From the NCBI GenBank assembly GCA_904063045.1, contig CAJFCJ010000008.1, forward strand, positions 1,116,001-1,180,000: 64,000 bases of DNA, given 5' to 3'. The notes below the pieces were generated by a model. It had not been told where the DNA came from and searched no databases. It saw only the letters and a list, made by a program, of their open reading frames with translations. Source of the stretch: Dimorphilus gyrociliatus (Eukaryota > Animalia > Annelida). Shown in pieces: positions 23,695 through 37,653 of this stretch. The translations under genes and the position numbers were made by a program. Each line of letters opens with the position of its first letter. Position 1 is the first letter of the stretch.

Positions 23695-25826
23695 GGAAGA
23701 ACGTCAAGGACAAGCAAAAAATCTCTAAATACACATTCTAAGAAAAGGATAATAAGGAACAGGAATAATATAGATTCTTTGACCAAAGGCAATCGATGCA
23801 AATTCAAGGGAGAGGACAAAAAAGATAATAAAGGAAAGAGAAAATCGAAAAGAGAAATTGGTTGCGGAGATAATAAAAGTAAAATTGACTCGGAATTAAC
23901 TGAAAGTGAGGCATTTTGTTTCTTCTCTAACTTCTTCATTTTCATCATTTCATTCTATAGCTCTTCTTCTGTAAGTGATCTGAATTATCTTTTAATATAA
24001 TTATATTATATAAAGAAATTAAAACATATTTATATACATTTATCATTTTTCTCTCTAATTGAATTTTATATAGGAGTAATAAAAAGGCAATCGAAAACAA
24101 CTAATGGAGTTTCGACTGTAAGTATTAAAGAAATTAATATATTTATATATAAAAATAGAAAAGAATAGACAAAGCTATTTAAACTATTAATAAATTGCCA
24201 TCTTGTGATTATAAGCGAAAATATTATCGGTCAAATATAGAATACACGAATGCAATAAATTTTACTACTAAATAAGATCTTGATACAATAAACAAATGAC
24301 GATACTTCACTAAAACTTTTATAACGGAATTTAGATTGAGGCTAGTTAGTTTTTTAGGCAGCATAAACTCAATAATCATTCATACAGTTGTCTAGGCAAC
24401 TACGCCATCTATTTAAGCCAAGGCCAGCTCAGTAATTGAGATAAGACTCTGTAGGGAAAAAACTTATTGAATTAAGAATATAAAGAAAAATGCGTTAATC
24501 TATTAAATCTCTTTCTTCAAACGTGGACGTTCGAGAAGATATTTTTATTATAATAGACAAGTACCATAAAATAATAGAGAGATGAAATAAAAGAGGAATG
24601 GATAGAAGGAAAATGTGAAAAAAAGAGGGAAATGAATGTCCAGTATAAAGAATATTAAGTAACTAAATAAGAGTTAGAAAAAGTAAGGGCAAATATATGG
24701 AACATAGCAATTTTAAAAAAAATTTGTATTGCCATTGATCATACTACAAACTACTTACAAATTATAATAGACTCCTTGTCCTATATTCGACCTTTAATCT
24801 ATTGATTATACCTATATTTATGCAGATAAAATTGACTGAAAACGATGATCGTTTGTCAACGGCTATAAAGTTTGTTTTAATATGTTTCATTGTTTATTAA
24901 CTGCTTCAATTAATTAATTCGGCTTTTAGCTGTAGTGAACTAAATGACCATGGAGATGACAAACAGCCATATAAAGCTTGTCAAACTGTCACCGGACGGT
25001 AATATATCGATTGCACTTATGCAAACATCGTACTTATCACATAAAAATACTGATCGCTCTGTTCTGTTTACAGTTTGTCATCACTGCCACGTTTATCCAG
25101 GCGACGAGACAAACACGACACTACGGATAATGTAACGAAGGTATTATTGTTATTTATTGTATGAATTAAAGTTAAAAGTTTTTACCTGTAGTTAAAAGTG
25201 CCTTATCAAATACCGAAGAGTGAAGCGATTATGTTTGAAAAGACAAACATCCCTCAGTATTCAAGTTTCAAACATAATTACCAATTATCGCCTAGTGCGG
25301 ACTGTTGCCGTTTCGAAATTCCAATGGATATTGTTTGTTTATCGACGATGGACCCTCTTAAATATATTAGCGAATATTGCAAAGTTTGCCCAAGAAGGCA
25401 AAATCTCTATTGTACACTTTTCAACCGTCATCGCTCATTAAAAACTAACACAATAAATAAGGATCATATCTTATCGGCAGTTTGTCAATTAAGAGGCGTC
25501 TCAAAGGCATTTACTGAAAATATTTTAAAATTGTTGGACGTTTGTCGAGACATTCGTATGGATGAATACGTCGCTATTTGTGCATTTATCGAGAGAGTAG
25601 TTTGCGTTAACGAAGCGTACGTAATAAATTACTAATAATTTACGTTTTGTAGGTTTAATTTCTTTTTATGACTTGTAGCCACTCGATAGGACAACAGCTT
25701 GAAAGGACTGCCCTAGAAGTAGTAGACTTCCAAAATGTAAAATCTCGACTACAAAATGTCGATTTATCAGAAAATATGAGGAAAATTTTATCGATAATAC
25801 AAGGCAAAATTAATTTGATAAACTAG
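23695..25826 (+). CDS. Uncharacterised multi-exon protein with a K/R-rich N-terminal region and a helical, possibly degenerate EF-hand-like C-terminal region; 5' end unresolved
   Basis: Exons 25074-25140, 25192-about 25617 and about 25679-25826 join in phase (...DNVTK|LKVPYQ...MDPLKYISEYC...RRQNLY...ICAFIERV...EA|HSIGQQLERTALEVVDFQNVKSRL...). Further upstream exon candidates at about 23695-23906, 23961-23970 and 24074-24117 were not linked rigorously. Confidence 0.55.
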
Positions 25827-26899
25827 CGCCATCTAACGATTCGTTTTTTATATTCGAAGAATCATAAATGTATTATTTTACAATAAACAGAATATAAATG
25901 AACAAATGAAAATTCTTTTATAGAAATTTTCCCAGGCTATTCTTGTATTGTATGGAGTTGAATTTCGGGTGAAAAATCAGTTTTCACAATGATCTCAGAC
26001 ACATTTAAGTTCTCGAGAGCACAATGAAAACCCACTTAGAAACCCGAAAAAAATTATGCCAGAATATTGTCAACAACCAAAATTACTCCCGACGGGGTTG
26101 TTTACATGCAACCTGTAAGGAAAAAATAACACAAAAGCTGTTAACACAAATATATACGATATACGAACAAATAATTAGTTTAGTGATTAATGCACTTGTG
26201 ACGAGCATCCCCGAAAAACAACGCGATATCAACGCCATCTATTCCTATGTGGAGACTTCCAGTTAAGCTATTTAATAAAAAAAAGAGAAACGGAGGTGGG
26301 AACGGTGGCGTTCCTAGTGGACAGACCCTGTGGTCAAAATTATTTGGCGCACCCTGGGGACTATTTATTTACAACCCACAAAGTACAAACTATACAACTT
26401 CCTGTTTTATTATTTGGTTACAAAAGGGCATTTAAAAAAAATCAGTTTTCAATCGTTAAACAGATACGGCAAGTCAATCAAGAAGATTCAACAAACCAAA
26501 CAAAAACTAATACTAAAATACACAAGGCGAATAAATGTAATCTCTATGACAAACATTCTTCAAAATCTACATTGAGCTATTTTATCAAAAATTGAAAACA
26601 AAAAAAAGACCACTGACAGATCCTATTCAACACGTGAAATTCTTAATGGCGGAGAGAGAGAGAGCGAAGCAGATTGATAGAAAAGAGCGAAGGAGGGAGA
26701 CAGCGAAAACGCAAAGGCTAGAGGCAAACGAAGAGGCGAAAATACGGACATAATATGATGCGAAAGCGATTCTATTCTCATGCATATATATCTATGTCGA
26801 TGCCGGATTGACGTCATTGGATCGTATTTCTGTCACGTTTCCGCCCAGTTTTAAAAAGGTGAAAACGAGGGAAATGTTCGGAAATTCAAACTCTACTCT

Positions 26900-28200
26900 A
26901 TTGTCCAACAGACCAGACTATGTTTAGAACGCAAACAAGAGAGTTTTGGGCCGGGGCCCTCTGTATATACTACACACTTTGGTCAAGTTTCTATTCATTC
27001 TTTGTCCCATTAATCTTGCCCGTTCTACCGTTCAAATTCGCGTCGGCTTAATTAGATGCTCTTTTTTTGTCCGATTATTCGGGCATCCCTTTCTGATCAA
27101 TTTTTCCACTTCAATTTCGCCAAAATCTGGATAAAGGTTTATAATTTCTGTCTAATTATATACTCAGCTAGTGAATATCCATTTTGAATGTCCAAAGCCA
27201 TATCAGAATCTGTGTCATGTTACTTATTCGAGTTTTTTTTTCATTCGTAAAACTATCCCTGTAATTTTTTATTTAGCCAACATAATTACAAGGTTTCCAA
27301 TAAAGTCGAAAAAAAACGTTAATTCTTTTTGGGAACTAATATTGTAGATAGAATTGAATAGTGAAATAATCAATAGAATTGATGTAGGGGTTGATCAATT
27401 ACAGAGTCAACTCGGGACTTTCTTAAGGCTTTAGTGCATTCTAAAGGAATTCCTAAAATTCCTTTCGATTCTTCGGCTATTATAGATCCGCCCTCAGCCG
27501 AAATTTCGCTTATTTTTACTTGCGTAATTCATTGGTCGCTTCGAATTTCTATATCCTTTAAATCGCAGCAGGATTTTGTCTCCTCAATCAATTTTTTGAC
27601 TTTAATTTCGCCAAAGCCGGATATAGTTTATAATTTCAGCCTAACGGCGCCTAGAACGAATTCTTTTACTCTCCTAATATTATATTACATTTGCATGTTA
27701 AGAGTTGTCGTTCCTAACCGCTAGGCCTCTAATCTAAACCAGTAATTATTCTGGTTAATGAATAGTTTCGTCCTCGTACTATTTAAATACCACAAATTTT
27801 TCGATGCTTTCGTTCAATCCGCTCCATTTAATGGAAGGCAAGCGAGAGAATTGATAAATAGTTAGTCAATTCAAGCCAATAGGTCGACTTCATTCACCAC
27901 TAGAACTCTTTTCAAACAGTATTTCTAAAAGTTTTATTATTTCTTGTATCTTTTTCTTTATTTACTTACCACCCAGTGAGCTAATTTATCTTTAGAAAAT
28001 ATTTTAATGTTACATCCCTCGTTTTCTTATATAAACATAGTAAGCTATTTTATCAATTTAGCCATTAATTTCTCAGGTCAAACAATAGCAGCATATGTCA
28101 AACTTGTCTACATTTTCCAAACAATGTTACGACTTGACATACTATTCCATACGTTTTTTTTCATTAGTTATTAGTAGTATCAAATTTTAAACTTACTTAA
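26900..28200 (-). mobile_element. Possible heavily decayed retroelement-like sequence
   Basis: Broken minus-strand reading frames and an internal diverged ~60-bp direct repeat (27096-27155 vs 27587-27644). No intact diagnostic motif. Confidence 0.2.
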
Positions 28201-29014
28201 AAAAATAGTATGCAATTGTTTCTTGTTTCAAGATCCATTTTTATGGTATTAACAAGCTAAAAATAGCAGTCGGTAGGGTTTTCTTTTTCTACAGCATCTA
28301 AATTAAGTTTACACGGGTCTTACTTAAATTATAGTCATTAAGCGGAACATAATATTTACTACAGCGTTTAAGCTCAATTTCAACACATAAAATGAGATTT
28401 CTAGTGTCATAGCAAATACTATCGAAGTTATTTCCCTAAGGACATTGTAAAATCACAAACATGAATAGAACCTTAACATTCACTCTCTTCTTTTGTAAGA
28501 TAAGGGTTCACTCAGTTAGATAGTTTCTAAGACAGTTCGTGTCGCCATAAACTAACGAAAGAAATAAAAGATACGATTACGCTACGATATTAAATTCTCA
28601 ACCTAAACGAATTACAATAATAATTTTTAGCTATTGAAAGCTTTCGCTATAGTTATCAAGTCAGATAAATCACTGAAGGGATGTTATATAAACCCTTCGA
28701 GCGCTGATATGTTTTTAACCTGTCTTAGCATGCTCTTAATCAAGAATGGTTCTCATTCAACCGTACGAAAATGGACTCTTTATGTATGAAAAAAGAACTT
28801 CTTAACATCGCCAATTATTCAAAGCAAGAAAGCAAGAGCAGCCAATTCCAATAGACTTGGTACTATGTACTATCTCGCTAAAGAAAAAGAAAATCCTTCA
28901 TCCCAAAAAGCAAAAATTTTCCTAGTTTTATAATACTATATTGGACATATGTTGTGGTGAAGACTGCATTAAATTTAAATATATCAGTAAAAAGAAAAAA
29001 ATTAATAAAATCTG

Positions 29015-29019
<5 letters not shown>

Positions 29020-29051
<32 letters not shown>
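29020..29051. repeat. (AG)n microsatellite
   Basis: Direct reading of the sequence. Confidence 0.95.
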
Positions 29052-29055
<4 letters not shown>

Positions 29056-32000
29056 AAAAACATCTATAAATACAAGTTGATATCTATTTTTAACAGTTTG
29101 TATAACTTTTAAGCCTAATCGTTTTATGCAAGTATTGGAAAAATTCATTTTAATAATTATAGTAAAAATTGATAAAGATGTCATTTCAAACTAAAAATAG
29201 TAACATATTAAAACATATTAACTAAAGAACAAGAATGATGCAAAAACTTTAAGCAAACAATATTGTAAATTAGAAAACAATGGAGAATTGTCTAGAATGA
29301 GAACGAAATATCGCTAATTCGTGAATAACCATTCGAAAATTAGAAATATAATAAGAAAGGTCGTACGCTAACAAGTATCTTTTTGTCAAAGTTTTGTTAA
29401 TTATATATGAGCAATGAAGTTGACGGCTTAATGGATCCTATCATTCTCCAACAAGAAATCTTGTTAGACAGTTAATGTTCACGTATACAGTAATTTATAA
29501 TCCTACTACCTCGCCCCCAAGATCAAATCTTTAAGACTTTTCACTTCAAACGACATAAAATACGCTACTTGAAAAAAAAATAAAGTTGTGTAGGCCCTAA
29601 AATCCTAAATATGGGTGTCATTAAAAAGCCGTTTAAAAAGAAGTCATAAAAGGAAATAAAATATTCTTCAGGTCTTTTCGTGTAGAGGAGAAAAGAATAA
29701 AAATTCTGGACCCTTAACATATTAACTAAAAATTTTTCCGTATACCTAAATACATCAGCAAATCTTAATTCTAGCTCTCCCGAAAGAAAAGTGTCAAGAG
29801 CAGAATATAGTCGGATAATTGCCTACTGTACTCTATCCGACCTCGGACTAAACAGCTATTTCAAACTGCAATTAACTTTATATAGCTGAAAGCGGCGTTG
29901 CATACAAAAAAAAGGCCACTACCATCTAAAATTCTCTGTCGGATTTGGTCAGCTCCAACTAGCAATAAATTTATATGCCGACCGGACTCGGGTCGGTTTT
30001 GGCTCGTTGCCTATTTGTCACACGATTGTAGCGCCCTTTTATATATTTTAGACTAATATATAACTGTCAGAAAACGTCCGGTGTTCGAAATTGAAATATT
30101 TGTCAAACAATTTTCTGGCGGATGTGTCAAAAAAAGAGAAATTTTTATTAGTTACATCTAAAATTTGGATATTTTCGTAAACCTCAGCCACTTTACTTCT
30201 TGGCCTATCAATACAACTATTCGATGTAATTAGTTTCCCAGACGAGGAATGAATCATTATTGGCCTTTATACAAATAACAACTTTATGACACTAATCTGT
30301 CAAAAACTGACAAAAAAACTGCTAAAAAAGTTTAATCTACCATCCTATATCTCTCTTTAGCACACTTTTCTCTTTATAATTTAATTCCTAGCATTTAAAT
30401 ACAAGCACAATTGGTTGAAAACATCATATCACAAAAATTCAATACATTTCTGTACTCTGATGATAATGGTCAAGCAACCTAAGTTAATATTCACTTAGGA
30501 GCCTGAATTCTTTTCGTAACATTGAATAGCCAAGTTAGAGATTTGATATAAGGAAATAAAAATCCTATGACTAGATATACAGTATGTCTAGTAAGAGTTT
30601 CTGCAGTATATACAGTATATATATATATATATAGTAACAAAAAAGAATTAACTTGTATTTATTGAAGGTTGGCGGCTATCATTTGAATAAAAAAGTTGTA
30701 AAAGGACTCTTGTGTTGTAGGCCTTATCAACTTTCCTTCTATTGATTCCTTGAGGACACATATAAAAATAGTACTCATGCTAAATACTGTAATAAACTAA
30801 TTTATAAGAAAAACCGTGTAAAAAGTAAAAGCTAAAAATATACTTTCTAAATAATTAGATAATTAATAGGCGCAAAAAAATCCTGCGTCTGTTATTTTCC
30901 GTTAAATCGTGATATAAATATATTTGTGAACTATTCTAAAACGATTGCACAATTGTGGAATATCAAATAGTTTTCAGTTGAAATAATTTGAATTAATATT
31001 CAAAAAATCTAATTTTCATTCGATCTATTAGAATATAAAAATTGTTCGTAGAAACCTTTGTCTTTGCCATAAAATACGAATGAATCAGGGATAAAAGTCT
31101 AAATTCCCAAAACATTATGTTTAATAAACATACCATACGCTTTAATATAGTAATAGAGCTAAAAAAATGCTGTAACATAAAAAATCTATTGGTCATTCAA
31201 ATTAATGCATGACTAATCTATGTCTAAAAATTTTATACATGTTAAAATCGCTGAGTTTTCCTTCCCAATGCGCATCTGTTTCTAAACATCTGTCATCTAT
31301 TTCTGCTAATAAGGAAGTTTCAATCTGATCGAGAAAAGAACCTAATCTACATACAAAAAAATTTCGCCAACTATCAGTCTCTATCTGATACGTAAGTATT
31401 ATATTACGTGTTTGCCGCTTTGATAAACTATTCGATTCTGGTTTGCCGTTCGATACAGTAAACTTATCATTTCTCATGTAAATTTCTTTTTTAACTAATA
31501 AATTAAAGCTAAACAATTTTAACCGAATATCGCAACTGTACTAAAACTAAATTGATTTTGAAAAAATGTGAACCAAATTCCGGCAATCTGTTACTGAAAA
31601 TATACAAAAAAACCGTAAAATTTAATACCTTGTTCATAATAATGGTTTTAAGTTATGTTAGATGGATAACAATTTGATGGTGACCAAACACGTGATAGCA
31701 CCTGTCTGAACGCCAGGCACGTGCCAATTCAAAAGAGAGTATAAAAGGGCTACAGAGTATGAAAAGGATGTCTTACGTAGTTAATTTAAGAGTAAGAACA
31801 TTAACCCTTTGTTGGCCTTCTAAATTACAAACGATTATAAATGACGCAAAGAAACCTAAACCGATATCTAATATTTTAATAATGCAAAACTATTCTGTTT
31901 GTGCAGAAACAAGGGAAAATATATCACAAATGATTAATGGAGATAGTATTATGGAATTTTTCCAATAGAAGGTATAGACCATGTGCTACAATTGTCTGAG

Positions 32001-35000
32001 GCGGCGAATCAATCAGTAGATTGAAGTACTTGAAATACAATGTCCAAGTGTAATAGCCACGATGTACAAGGTTACGAGAAATTTTAGAAAACTTGTCACC
32101 TGCTTAAAATAATATGTTTTTTTCATAATTTTCGCACAATATTTTATTATATTATGAATAACAAATACATTCCTATTCTTTTAGGAATAACCTAAACAGA
32201 AGGTTATAACATTTTGTTTATGTAAATTAAAATACAACTATGTGAGGACTCATTGCTTAATTATGAGATGAGATTTCTATCAGAAAATTAGGAATAATAT
32301 GCTAGATCAGATTCCCTATTACTATTCTTGCCATAATGCTCATATATTTTTTATTTACAGTATATTCTACAGGAATATTTTAAGATTCATTACGTAATAG
32401 ATCTATTTTAAACATTATTTAAGCAGAGAATCAGAAAAATTTCATATCCTAATTAATTCTATATTTATTGCAATGGAAGTCATAATATCCTTTATTACGG
32501 GCTATCGGTTATCTATAATGAAAGAGATTAATTAGGATACTGAAAAAATATATCATCACATTATGGATGCTTGTTTACTCAATATCATCATCGTGATTGT
32601 TGCTTTTCTCTTCTCTCACTCTCATCTCTCTTTTTTTACTAATTTTTTTTGGTTACTGTCAATATTGATATTATACCATTATTAGATAAGTAAATTTGTT
32701 AAATGAATAATATACCATTCATTGGATAAAAATGAAAAGAATGTAAAGCGTAACTGATGGGGGGGTTGAAAGGTTGAAAGGATTACATACGATATCTGTA
32801 ATAATAAGATTTATATTTATATTACAACAACTACGGATTAAGAGTCATCCTTTCCTTAAAGAAAAAGAGACGCTGACTGCAACCTTAATAAGGAAAAGAG
32901 TCGGATATTAACTATGGAATATTTTCTATAATATATCACCGTAACGCGTGCCGCACATGTTTGCTCTGGGAATCAATCAGCACACGAAAAGTTTTTTGGG
33001 AGTGGGTGGGGGTAAGAGGGGCGGCAGCAGTTTCATGTGAAAACAAAGCAAACTTTGTTTGCACTTAAAAAGTGGGTAGATAATAATTTATTATTAAAGG
33101 AAGAATTTTATTTAAAGGCATCAAAAACACAAATACGATCGATTCATACTAAACGACCTTAAAATATTTTTGATTAATGTATTCGGGGACGGGCGTAGAC
33201 AGTTATTTTTTGGGAAAAATTGCTAGGGGCAATATGGCGGCGAAAACCGGATGCGACCATCATCCGGAAACTGAAAATTAGACAGTCAAAACTACCGTGA
33301 CAAACAATTTCCGACGCGGAATGAAAAAAGTTGTATACAGAGGCCGCTAGAAATAAAATTAGCATTCGATATAAAATCAATATAGCTGAACGGAGTTATA
33401 CTGTAACCATTTATTATTTATAAGTTAAGTTTGACATTAACTCAAATCAAGATTGGCCTAACCATTTCCTCTACTGAGCTTTTTTCTCTTCCAAATGGAA
33501 CGTTAAATGGTACATTTCGTGGATAACATTAAATTTTTAAGAATATAATACAAGTAGGTGAGAATACGGTGAAAGCTCCCACGCTAAAGTCACTTTCGCC
33601 TGTCTAGAGAAGGGCGTATCTATGTAAATTTACCGGTTTTAAATAAAAATTCAAGGACGAGTAGATAACGATAGCAAGAGCTAATTTTAATCGATTAGTC
33701 CTTCGATTGACGTTATAGTAATATAAAAAGAACATTATAGTGAGACAACTCAGAGTAAAGTACTTGAAATATATCAGAAAAAAACCCATTTGGTACGCAT
33801 TTCCTCGCGACAACATTCCATTCATATATTAAATCGGCTGGCCGGAATATTTTATTTATACAAAAAAAAGAGAACCTTCGTTATTGTTGCAGTTTTAACA
33901 TTAAGAAAAAGTATTCGACTAGTTTGTTCAAGCAACAAGAATAATAGAAATATTAAAAGGTTGAATTTAATATAAGTTTCGGCAAGTAATATTTTAGTTA
34001 TATATAGATATACATGGATAAATGAATATGTACATCTATATATCTACATTCAACGTACTAAATACAATATATATATATTTAATATAAGTAAAAGTAATTT
34101 AGTTTTACTTATTAGTAACTTAATTAATAATTAATTAAAACTTATCTGAACTGGCTTCAAAATTATTTCTCAAACTTTTTCCAACCAACATCCTTCTTGC
34201 TTTGCAACTCGTCCCCTATAGAATCATATGTGGTGAGCGAAGGTGAAGGTTAAAACGATTTTAACGCCACCTATTCCATTCATACATAACTTGTGAATGG
34301 ACGAGAGTTTAAATAGTACTCATTAATCTCTACAAGCCGTGAAAAAGCGCTCTATCATTAAAAGGCGCGTTCAGAACTGGTATGAATGAAAAGAAACGAA
34401 GAATAGCATAGAATTCGAGCAGAAAGAAGAAAGTAAAAAAAAACAGCCAAAATATGCAACCGACAAAAGTTGTAGCCGTAGAAAAAACCGCAATTATGCG
34501 GACCACGATTGCAGTCGGCATAATAACGAACCGATTCAGGCCGTATAAATAGACTATTTAAAAATAATTCTCTCAATCAACTGGTCATATGAAGAAGATT
34601 AGTTAAAGATCAATATCGATTTAGATTAAGCCATAAGGAAACTCCAGTCTTGAAGGGAATTTTTTCTATCATAAAATTCTTTCATGGAAGTGTCTGTTGG
34701 ACACCTGTTTTATACTGGCTCCATGCTTAAATCTACCGCAAAATAACAACGATCATGTCACGAAAAGATTTGCAATGGGTGCTCGACAGGAATGAAAATA
34801 AGTTTTAATTGTATACACTTCTATACACTAGTTTATTATGTTCAATGTCTGTTTTGAACAAAGTACCATTTTACTAATATTTTCTATATCAATATATTAC
34901 GTAAATTATGGGCAATAGATGTCAGCACTCTTAAACATCACGAAGTTTGTCATGTACTAGCACGTCTTCTCGATGAAAGAGAGGAAATGCAGTAATAAGT

Positions 35001-36498
35001 ACTATTGGTAAATTATAACAAACAGGAATAATTTTTGATAACTAGATGTGAAAAACTATAATTAACCCTGTTATAGTGTAAATTCACAATCAATTATCTA
35101 TATTTATAGTTGATTGTTTTATACCGGTTTAGATAAGGGCATACAGGAAATACTAAGGTTCACGATGACTATTTATATTATATGTAAGAATGCCATGAAT
35201 TTTAAAAATAGTGGTTGTTTATTTGTTCAACTTTTCCTTCTAATTGTCATACGAATATTCCATAGAATTAACAATAGAATAAAAAAAGCAGAGAGAGAGA
35301 GAGATTAAGCGTATTTTTGGTATTGAAAAAAAATGTTAGTTTGCTTTTGAAAGCCAAAGATATTATCCAACATTTATCACGTGACACTTCTTAATCCTAT
35401 TGACTTCGCGTTACTAAGGCCAACAATATGCCGACTAATAAAGTGTTTGAAATTGATACGGAATGCAAATAATTTTGTTAAACAAATGATAAAACAGAAT
35501 GTGACTTATTGAATATAATTCATCATTGATCAAATTGAATTTATGCATACATACAGTATATAAATGTATATATATATATATATATATGCAGTATGTATCT
35601 GCACATATATAAACAGAAGGTAACAACATTAATTTATTTTAAGACCAATTTTTCGATCTTTAATATGTTCTCTTAAATAAGGAGGTATGATTCAACATAC
35701 AAAATTCCAATATAAATATACAAAAACGAATAGTATAAATACTTTCAGACATTGGCGTTTATATAAGTGACTATATGAACTATAGTTGAAAAGGGTGGCT
35801 AACTTAATAAAACAGCCAATTTTTCTTTAAAGATACAACAATAAAGATTTAATCTTATTGATTTTGTCTAAACGAAATAATCACAGATGTACTTGATCAG
35901 ACAAAAAATTATATTTTGCAATATACTACACCTTTTTTCGGTTAAATCGTTAACGCATATATGCTTAAGAAAATATAAACAAATTGGAACGCTCTTTTAA
36001 AAAGAAAGACTGATGAAAAATATGTTCATGTATAATTCAGTCTACATTATGTTTAATAAGGAAAGAAAATCAATAGTTTTCAAAAAGCTGACATATGCAT
36101 TTTATTTAAATCAATATACCTACTCAACACAACTGTTGAATGTACATTTCTATTGATTTATTTTACATAGTGAAAATTACTTCTTTTTTAACTTTATAGA
36201 CAAAAATCTACTCAGTCGTTCCGTTCTCCTATTAGATAAATGTAGTAATGTTGCGTAACAAGAGCTTAGTCGACCAACTGACAAGCATTTGTACACAGAA
36301 TGACCATAAAATTCAAACAAACCAATGTCCTAAGGCTTTTATGCTGCATGCCAAGCATAGTTACATGAGACTCTAATCAATATATGTGAGTAGGCCTTTT
36401 ACCGTAGGCAAGCTCTTGATATGTCATATTTTAAGATAAGCTTCAGAAATAATAGAAGTGTTTGTTTGGTGAATATATATAAATTTATATATATACTA

Positions 36499-36507
<9 letters not shown>

Positions 36508-36550
<43 letters not shown>
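36508..36550. repeat. (TA)n microsatellite
   Basis: Direct reading of the sequence. Confidence 0.95.
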
Positions 36551-36554
<4 letters not shown>

Positions 36555-37607
36555 TTCTTAAAATTTTCCCTAAACAATTTCTGCATACTCAAATAGATAA
36601 GCCTTGGTTTTTCTAAATTTTAATAAATGCACAGAGCTCATACAAATACATTATAAAAGAAACTAAACATAACCTCTATTAAATGAATAACTATTGTTAT
36701 GGAGAATTAAAAAATATACTATTACAAATTAATTATAGATTGTTTAGTCTTTTGACTTTGGCACAACTTGTCACTTTTACTGGACATATAGAATATTACT
36801 TATAGCCTTAAACGAACTTACAACAATTCGGAAAATTATCAATATTTGAACTTACCATCACATTTTCAATAAGCGATCGGAGAAGGTGAATTGAAAAAAT
36901 CTTTCATTCATATAGTTTTACGAGTTGGAATAATGGTAGGCATTCCATAAAGACTCCGCCCTGAGTATCACGTGACAATAAATAGGCCGTTTATTGGCCA
37001 ATGAATTTTTCTCATACTTTATATATAATATTTTTGAATGGGGAAATTTTTGTTAAGTCTAGTTTAGTTTTGTGGTCCACTGCGCTTTTGTTAAACTATA
37101 CGTATATTTTATTTACTCTAACATAAATCTATCCTTTGCAAATTACCTTTTTTATATATCAATCTCACCAGAATTCTATTTAGAATCTATTTATTTCACC
37201 CTTTTTAGTTGTAAATTCTATAATTTTATAAAAAATCAAAAATACTTTCGTCTATCTAAAAGACGACAAAAGGAAACTAAAGAATGTTGAGTGGTAGATG
37301 ACATTTGTGGTCGAAAGATGTCGCTGTACTTTTTTAATAAGAAACATAAGTAAAAAGCCTTGGAAAAGCTTGTGAAGTCGATAGTATGGATTTCAAGTGA
37401 AATATTACATTTAAATCAGACAATAAAAATTGTATTTAATTATTCGACATCCCAAAAACTATAGCTCTGATACAGATTAAACAATTATCTAGTACAATGA
37501 TTAGCTATTTGTTGTAAATTGCAGGAAATTATCTGTCTATTTGAGCCATAGTTATTTCGGTCAGGTTTAGATCTATTTAAAAATTATTACCTGTTTGTCT
37601 AATACAA

Positions 37608-37610
<3 letters not shown>

Positions 37611-37649
<39 letters not shown>
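37611..37649. repeat. (TA)n microsatellite
   Basis: Direct reading of the sequence. Confidence 0.95.

Positions 37650-37653
<4 letters not shown>

Noticed and set aside
29980-33265. Small hairpins CCGACC-N7-GGTCGG (about 29980) and CCGGATG-N7-CATCCGG (about 33248)
   Set aside because: Stems of 6-7 bp are expected by chance; there is no Helitron CTRR end, tRNA cloverleaf or other supporting context.
34330-34580. Possible mariner transposase fragment (RRVQNWYE)
   Set aside because: One short motif followed by a stop, with no terminal inverted repeats or DD34D region.
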